Of a stretch of 64,000 nucleotides of DNA, positions 58,802 to 64,000 are shown one piece after another (position 1 is the stretch's first letter; every line of letters starts with the position of its first letter). Position numbers and translations under genes: made by a program. The notes under the pieces were generated by a model. It saw only the letters and a program-made list of their open reading frames with translations, searched no databases and was not told where the DNA came from. The stretch lies in contig BTVY01000002.1 of assembly GCA_045863335.1 (NCBI GenBank), forward strand, positions 3,873 to 67,872. The letters are read 5' to 3'. This stretch comes from Candidatus Hydrogenedentota bacterium. Lineage in GTDB: Bacteria > Hydrogenedentota > Hydrogenedentia > Hydrogenedentales > SLHB01.

Positions 58802-61282
58802 GTGCGGATTGGGTACTTTGTCGCGGCGTGGGCATTGATTGCTGTTTATGCGTTTGGATTTGCCCCTACGACCGACCAGGCTGACGTGTCCGTGCGGTAT
58901 GCGACTCCCGAGCGGAACGTTCTGATTGTCGAAGGGCAGACTTACACGCTCCATCTGGACCTCGCTATCGCGGCCATCACGCAGTTCCAGGCCGGGGACG
59001 AAACGCTCATCGGCGAATACGCGATGCTGCCGACCTTGAATACGGGGGCGGTCAAAGGGCCCGGACGCATCAACATCTACAGCTTCGGCACGCAGATGTA
59101 CGAGATTCATCTGCGCGACTTGAAGTGGACCGATCTGGACGCCGACATCGAGATCGTTCTGTACTGCTACGCCAAGCGCGTGTTTGCCAACGTGAATGTG
59201 ATTCCCCAGGGGGAAAGCCGGGACCTCGAAGTAGGCTGGCTGGGATCGGTAAAACACTCCGCGGACATCCTCAGCTATGAGGATGATTACGCCGTGAAAC
59301 TCGCGTCTGGGGAGCAACGGCCCCGCATCGCGGCGCTGGTTCCCCGCCACCAGACGCCCGACGGCCGGGGCGTGCCGACACGCATCGCATTGAATCCACC
59401 CGAGCGCTTGATGATCGGCAGCCGGTATTCGGCGGGGTTCGAGGGTGTTCGGACGGCAGGTTTGATCCTGGTCGCGGGGGAAACGCACGAGAACCTGGTA
59501 AACATCGCGACGGTGGAGGCGTCCGCGGCACGGTATGAATTCACGGTTGCGGGAGGCCGGTACGATGGATACCGGGCGTTGAAGGGCTTTTACGAGGTCA
59601 CGACGGAGTACCGGGGACCGCGCAGTTTTGAGACGGCGTGGGTGAATCCAAATCAGCGGTACGAAGTCGAATTGTCGGTATCGGCGCCGGAGGGCCTGCC
59701 GTCCGCCGAGCTGATCTGCAACGTGCGGAATGAGTACGGCGTTCTCGAAGCGGCAGTGCTGACGGACGAGGATGGGTTTCCCCTGCCGGTCCAAGTGCAG
59801 GTAAGCAAGAACTTCGGCGGAGAAAAAGAAGAAGGCGAAGCCGAGGGCGATGCGCCTTACGGCGAGTCTTACGTGCCGATTTCCGTTGCACCATCCGCGC
59901 CGTTCTCGGGAAAGGTCTACCACCTCTTCGGGAACTGGGGCACCCATCCTCTGAAGCAGATATCGTCCATTCGGTTCTATCACCACTACTTCCACGCTTC
60001 GCTGGGGCCTACAGAGACCTTTTGTTACGTGCCGTTCGAATATCCGCGTGACGACGATCGCGACTACGTGATGGCCGATGTCCGGGGACTGTCAAACGAT
60101 ACGTGGCCGGGACAGCCCCAGCACGACCATGTCTCGGTAATCGGAGCCTTGCGTTATAAGTCCGGTGGGAAGTGGGTGAACAATGTGCTTCAGGACACGC
60201 GCATCTATTTAACCGCTCCAAATCTTGCGAGCTTCGCGCTGGACTATCTGTCGGAAGACGGGAAGGTGAAAACGACGCTCGAGATATTCGAAGCGCCCCA
60301 GAACGATGAAGCGCGGAGTTTTGTGAAAATGACGATGGACGTGCTCGAACCGGTGGAGATTGACGGTGGCAGCGCGCAGCATCTGCGCTTCCTGAACGCC
60401 GGCGCGTATATCGTCAATACGGTCTGGCCGAAGGTGGCCTACACTGCCGCGGACGGTGCGACGCAGATTGTGGATGTGACCGCGGATGACTCGTGGACCT
60501 TGGAGGCGGTGCCGATGGGCGACGGCGCCGTGTTCGCCGCGGCGTACCCTCACGAGCATGGCAACATGGCTTTCGTTGTTAACCGCGTCGAAGGTATGCT
60601 CGGCGGCAAGCCCATCTCGGCCTTTGGGTTGAGCTGTTTCGGCGGAGAGCATTGGACGGAGCTGTTCCTTACGGCACCGGAGAACCTGGAGCGGTTGGAG
60701 GCCGGCGACCACCTCGAATCGCACCTATTTGTCATGCCCTATGGCAACGAAGACAGCGACTTCCTCGTCGCGGAGCGTCAAACGGAACTCTATGGCGAGG
60801 GCTTGGCGAAGGTCGAAGCAATTCATGGCGCGACGTTGCCGGGCTATCCTCCGCGCGTGCAAGCAGACCCGCGCGGCTTCGCGGAGTTTACGCTGTCTGG
60901 TGGATCGAACTGGGTACCCATTCTCGTCGAAGGATTCGATAGCCATCGCGGATTCATGTTGTGGGAGCAGACTGGTAACGAGTGGCTTTTCCACGATCAG
61001 CAGATCTACGGCAATGATTGGTATCAGACCTACGCCGCTGAGGATGGTTCTGTCGGGGTCGTGATAGTCCTTAATGTGCGCCCCGGCCAATCGCATCACT
61101 ACGTGATAACCCAGTGTGCGGAAGCAAAAAGCATCACGCAACGTAACGGATTTGTTACAATAGAGGGTGGACCCATGGATTTCATCAGTCCCGTCGCATT
61201 CACGGGATTGATCGGCGCTCCGTTGGAGGGCACTTCCTTGATTCGGTGCAGCGGTCTGGTATCGCAAGCGACACAGGAATAG
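58802..61282 (+). CDS. large secreted hypothetical protein (about 826 aa)
   Basis: AAGGAG RBS 5 nt before GTG 58802, then signal-like VRIGYFVAAWALIAVYAFGFA. Longest ORF in the region. The track ORF starts at 58610. Confidence 0.5.
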   Translation: MRIGYFVAAWALIAVYAFGFAPTTDQADVSVRYATPERNVLIVEGQTYTLHLDLAIAAITQFQAGDETLIGEYAMLPTLNTGAVKGPGRINIYSFGTQMYEIHLRDLKWTDLDADIEIVLYCYAKRVFANVNVIPQGESRDLEVGWLGSVKHSADILSYEDDYAVKLASGEQRPRIAALVPRHQTPDGRGVPTRIALNPPERLMIGSRYSAGFEGVRTAGLILVAGETHENLVNIATVEASAARYEFTVAGGRYDGYRALKGFYEVTTEYRGPRSFETAWVNPNQRYEVELSVSAPEGLPSAELICNVRNEYGVLEAAVLTDEDGFPLPVQVQVSKNFGGEKEEGEAEGDAPYGESYVPISVAPSAPFSGKVYHLFGNWGTHPLKQISSIRFYHHYFHASLGPTETFCYVPFEYPRDDDRDYVMADVRGLSNDTWPGQPQHDHVSVIGALRYKSGGKWVNNVLQDTRIYLTAPNLASFALDYLSEDGKVKTTLEIFEAPQNDEARSFVKMTMDVLEPVEIDGGSAQHLRFLNAGAYIVNTVWPKVAYTAADGATQIVDVTADDSWTLEAVPMGDGAVFAAAYPHEHGNMAFVVNRVEGMLGGKPISAFGLSCFGGEHWTELFLTAPENLERLEAGDHLESHLFVMPYGNEDSDFLVAERQTELYGEGLAKVEAIHGATLPGYPPRVQADPRGFAEFTLSGGSNWVPILVEGFDSHRGFMLWEQTGNEWLFHDQQIYGNDWYQTYAAEDGSVGVVIVLNVRPGQSHHYVITQCAEAKSITQRNGFVTIEGGPMDFISPVAFTGLIGAPLEGTSLIRCSGLVSQATQE

Positions 61283-61292
61283 TCGATTCCCG

Positions 61293-63485
61293 ATGAGTTC
61301 ACGGCAGCGACGAGAATCCGAACAACGTATCCACGAGCTTGAAGCTCGCGTTGCCGAGCTGTCACGAGAAGTCGAGACGTTGCGCGCCGAGCGCCAACGG
61401 CTATCGAGAGGCGGCCGCCGGGCCAGCGATCCTGCACCCCAAGAACCACCGATCCGCAGACGCCTCTGGTTGGGTCGCACGCTACTGCTTCTGACGGCAG
61501 CGATAGTCGGCCTCGCGGTTCGCGGCACGATTGGCCGAGGACTGGCGGGCATCGGCCCATCGGAGGAGATCTGGCGGCGGTTAGCTTCGTTAGAAATAAA
61601 TTACATCTTACTTGGGTACGCCTTCCTATTTGTACTGGCGTTTTTTTCGCATCTTTCGAGACGATTTCTTACGTCCATATTCTTCTGCAGTACGTGTATT
61701 TACGCCACATATTGGACTTTCAATTCTACCGTGCTGGACACACTGGGCCTGGGACCGCGTGGCGCGCTTATCGCCAGTACTTTATATTTTACTTTGTGCT
61801 ATGGCGCAACGTCCTGGCTGGCAATTTACGAGTCATTGGGCGCAGGCCGTGCGCGCACCCGGGCGATGTGGCTTTCCTTCTTCGCTACGGTCGCATACCT
61901 GACGACGCTGGTACTCATTATCAGAACGTACGCGGCGGATTCGGGATGGTATATCTACGTTGGCACGGCCATTTTGGCAGGATTCTTCGCGGTTCTCGCG
62001 GAATCGGTGGGCTCCCATCGGAATTACCTCTTTCAACTGTTTACGGCGACAGCGATTCTGCTCTGCAATGCCGCGCTCTACAGCTTGCTGAGTGAAGAGC
62101 GGCTACTCCTCGCGCTGGCGATAGAGTGTCTGGTTCTGGCGGCGGCGTACCACACGAGCGGCATCGTGGTCTTGAAAGTGCTCAACCTGGCTGCGTTAGC
62201 GGTGACCGTGGTCCTGGGGTTGCGCGTTACCAAGCTGGGATCGCCGGTGCCGCTGGCGGGGGTGACGCTGCGGGAGAACTGGTTGTACGGGTTGTTTACC
62301 TGCGCCCTTCTCGTGTTTGCCGCCTACTACTACCAGCGGCACATTCGGAGCCTGGACCGCCACGAACGGCGCTTGAGCGGGCACTGGTTTCTCGCGGATT
62401 CGTTCTGGGACGTGCCCTCGTCGACGGCGGGGCTGCTGCACAGCGCGGGCGCCGCGTTGATTGTGATGGTATTGACGATATCAGATTTCGGAGACCGGCC
62501 TTCTCTTCCCTATATCCTTGCGGCGGGCAGTGTGGTGTTCGCAGTGCTGGGCTTCGTTGCCCGTCTGCCCCAACTCGAGGTCGGGGCCGTGATGTTGGTC
62601 GTGGCCACGCATGTGAGCTATTACTTCTTCTGGGCCATTGGTAAGGAAGCTTTTTCCGATCAGCCCCACTTTCTGCTGTATACGCTTCTCGTACTTGGAT
62701 TCACGTATTTCCTCGCGCACCGATGGGAGAAGTACCTCGAGGGATTGCGCAAGGGCCACCCATGGGAGCATTACTTCAGCGCGGCCATACCCTATCTCGT
62801 GGCAACCGCGATGCTGCTGACCGTGCTTTCACGACAAATCCTTCCGGCCTATGTACCCGTGGTGTACGGCGCCGCAGGCACGGCATTCGTACTCATCGGC
62901 GCGTTGACGTCCAGCGCGCCGGTGAAGACCAGTGGTGTCTTTGCGCTCCTTGCAGGGGTCGGAATCTTCCTGGACCCGTATCTGACACGATTCGCGCTGC
63001 GGATGGCGCCGGAAGCCCAGTGGGGGATCCCGATGGCGTTACTCGGGATGCTTGCCCTAGCCGAACGCGCCATGTTTTGGGGGCGTAAGACTGAGCGGAG
63101 CTTGGCCGTAACCGAGCGGTTCACGAGAACGGTGCTGGTGCTTGTCTTTGCGTTCACTGGGTTTACCAGCGCCCGTGAATTCGGAACGCAGGACGGCCGG
63201 TATCTGCTATGGTTGGGGCTCGCACTGGTGTGTACGATTTTGGGGACACTATTCCGTGAGAACCGCTATCGTTGGAGCGCCTTAATCGTCATCGTCGGCG
63301 CGATGATCTGGACTTTTGGGTACGAACGGGTCATCTGGACCGAACGGCCCTCCGTCGTGTTTCTCGCCGGCGCGGTGGGGATACTCTTGTTGCTCGGCGG
63401 TACTTGGGGGTACTTCTTGCGCCACCCAGTGGCTCCGGCGCCGCCACCCGACCTGCCAGCCAAAGGCGTATCGACCGATGGATGA
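61293..63485 (+). CDS. polytopic membrane protein with N-terminal coiled coil (DUF2339-like architecture)
   Basis: Coiled-coil N-terminus (IHELEARVAELSREVETLRAERQRL) followed by about 18 TM helices. Contains a 200-nt low-GC stretch at 61560-61760. Confidence 0.55.
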   Translation: MSSRQRRESEQRIHELEARVAELSREVETLRAERQRLSRGGRRASDPAPQEPPIRRRLWLGRTLLLLTAAIVGLAVRGTIGRGLAGIGPSEEIWRRLASLEINYILLGYAFLFVLAFFSHLSRRFLTSIFFCSTCIYATYWTFNSTVLDTLGLGPRGALIASTLYFTLCYGATSWLAIYESLGAGRARTRAMWLSFFATVAYLTTLVLIIRTYAADSGWYIYVGTAILAGFFAVLAESVGSHRNYLFQLFTATAILLCNAALYSLLSEERLLLALAIECLVLAAAYHTSGIVVLKVLNLAALAVTVVLGLRVTKLGSPVPLAGVTLRENWLYGLFTCALLVFAAYYYQRHIRSLDRHERRLSGHWFLADSFWDVPSSTAGLLHSAGAALIVMVLTISDFGDRPSLPYILAAGSVVFAVLGFVARLPQLEVGAVMLVVATHVSYYFFWAIGKEAFSDQPHFLLYTLLVLGFTYFLAHRWEKYLEGLRKGHPWEHYFSAAIPYLVATAMLLTVLSRQILPAYVPVVYGAAGTAFVLIGALTSSAPVKTSGVFALLAGVGIFLDPYLTRFALRMAPEAQWGIPMALLGMLALAERAMFWGRKTERSLAVTERFTRTVLVLVFAFTGFTSAREFGTQDGRYLLWLGLALVCTILGTLFRENRYRWSALIVIVGAMIWTFGYERVIWTERPSVVFLAGAVGILLLLGGTWGYFLRHPVAPAPPPDLPAKGVSTDG

Positions 63486-64000
63486 GCGACGGGCGGCCGC
63501 GGAACGCATCTGCGGCGTGCTTCGCGAGCGGGGATTCCGAGCACTGTTTGCGGGCGGCTGCGTTCGCGACATGGCATTGGGAATCCCGCCGAAAGACTTC
63601 GATATTGCGACCGATGCCAAACCAGACGACGTGGCGTCCCTCTTTTCACGAACTGTGGGGGTGGGTGCGGCTTTCGGTGTTGTTCTAGTGCTCATGCCTG
63701 AAGGACCTGTCGAGGTTGCCACGTTTCGGGGTGATGGCCCGTATCTGGACGGACGGCACCCCAGTTCGGTCGAGTTCCTGAGTGAACGGGATGACGCCTT
63801 GCGGCGTGACTTCACCGTAAACGCCATGTTCTACGACCCAGTGGCCGAGATGGTGGTCGACTACGTAGGGGGACAGGCTGATCTGAAGGCCGGCATCATT
63901 CGCGCGGTGGGAGATCCGGCAACCCGGTTCGCGGAAGATCACCTGCGCCTGTTGCGGGCAGTGCGCTTCACGGCGCGACTCGGCTTTGAAATGGACCCGC
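63482..64000 (+). CDS. CCA-adding enzyme / poly(A) polymerase family (PcnB/Cca head domain), 3'-truncated by window end
   Basis: ATG overlaps the upstream stop (ATGA). GGCVRD...DFDIAT nucleotidyltransferase motif. RRDFTVNAMFYD. Confidence 0.7.

Noticed and set aside
58571-59995. 474-aa minus-strand ORF inside the 58802-61282 gene (and 60725-61552 minus)
   Set aside because: Shorter than the 890-aa sense ORF that it overlaps, and Arg-rich. The sense ORF has an AAGGAG RBS and a signal peptide.

Overview
Overall: this is a high-GC (about 62%) bacterial chromosomal segment. I support about 45 protein-coding genes, one tRNA, several hairpin terminators and at least three MITE-like inverted-repeat elements. 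TTG and GTG starts are frequent, and long antisense ORFs are common, as expected at this GC content.

Taxonomy: the gene content suggests a PVC-superphylum-like organism (Planctomycetota or Verrucomicrobiota-like). The evidence is a DUF1080 3-keto-disaccharide hydrolase, two PF12831-like FAD oxidoreductases, two Gfo/Idh/MocA oxidoreductases, a PSCyt-like CxxCH cytochrome domain, a sialidase with two BNR beta-propellers, and many signal-peptide proteins. This placement is inference only.

Recognisable blocks, in order:
- A secreted carbohydrate-active cluster: FAD oxidoreductase, a PHP/CehA-like metallohydrolase, and a GH43-like propeller fused to an esterase.
- lysA.
- An ABC ATPase translationally coupled to an ABC-2 permease that is fused to a CPBP (CAAX/Abi) intramembrane protease.
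- An SDR, a second FAD oxidoreductase, a BNR sialidase and a DUF1080 protein.
- The conserved radA-disA pair.
- An orphan PyrK-like flavoprotein and bcp.
- A sulfur amino-acid operon: cysK, metY and a fused metXW.
- rfbA, a tRNA-Leu and ridA.
- A radical SAM / UroD-like / GNAT / PhyH neighbourhood bracketed by MITE-like elements.
- A nucleotidyltransferase-fold gene with a small upstream ORF.
- A GT-C-like membrane protein.
- A secreted redoxin / cytochrome c / PHM-like copper-monooxygenase fusion protein, convergent with a membrane-anchored M1-peptidase-like protein that has a degenerate HExxH motif.
- Gfo/Idh/MocA, a SurA-like PPIase, a second Gfo/Idh/MocA and an entericidin homolog.
- A translationally coupled DUF547 / TVP38-DedA / pyridine-nucleotide-disulfide-oxidoreductase operon.
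- A GT2-DUF2064-GT2 triple fusion abutting hemE.
- Several large secreted or membrane hypotheticals, and the 5' part of a CCA-adding/poly(A) polymerase-family gene.

Not found: no CRISPR array, rRNA, integrase, transposase or canonical defense system.

Most unusual observations:
- The intergenic DNA is rich in palindromic repeat families, including MITE-like elements with 28-31 bp terminal inverted repeats and a 35-bp-arm hexamer-repeat hairpin after metXW.
- The tRNA-Leu reads with an A34 (AAG) anticodon.
- Fusion proteins: ABC-2::CPBP, redoxin-cyt c-PHM-like, GT2-DUF2064-GT2, MetX-MetW and GH43-like::esterase.
- A possible nucleotidyltransferase two-gene module.

Hand-derived coordinates for non-coding features may be off by 1-2 nt.
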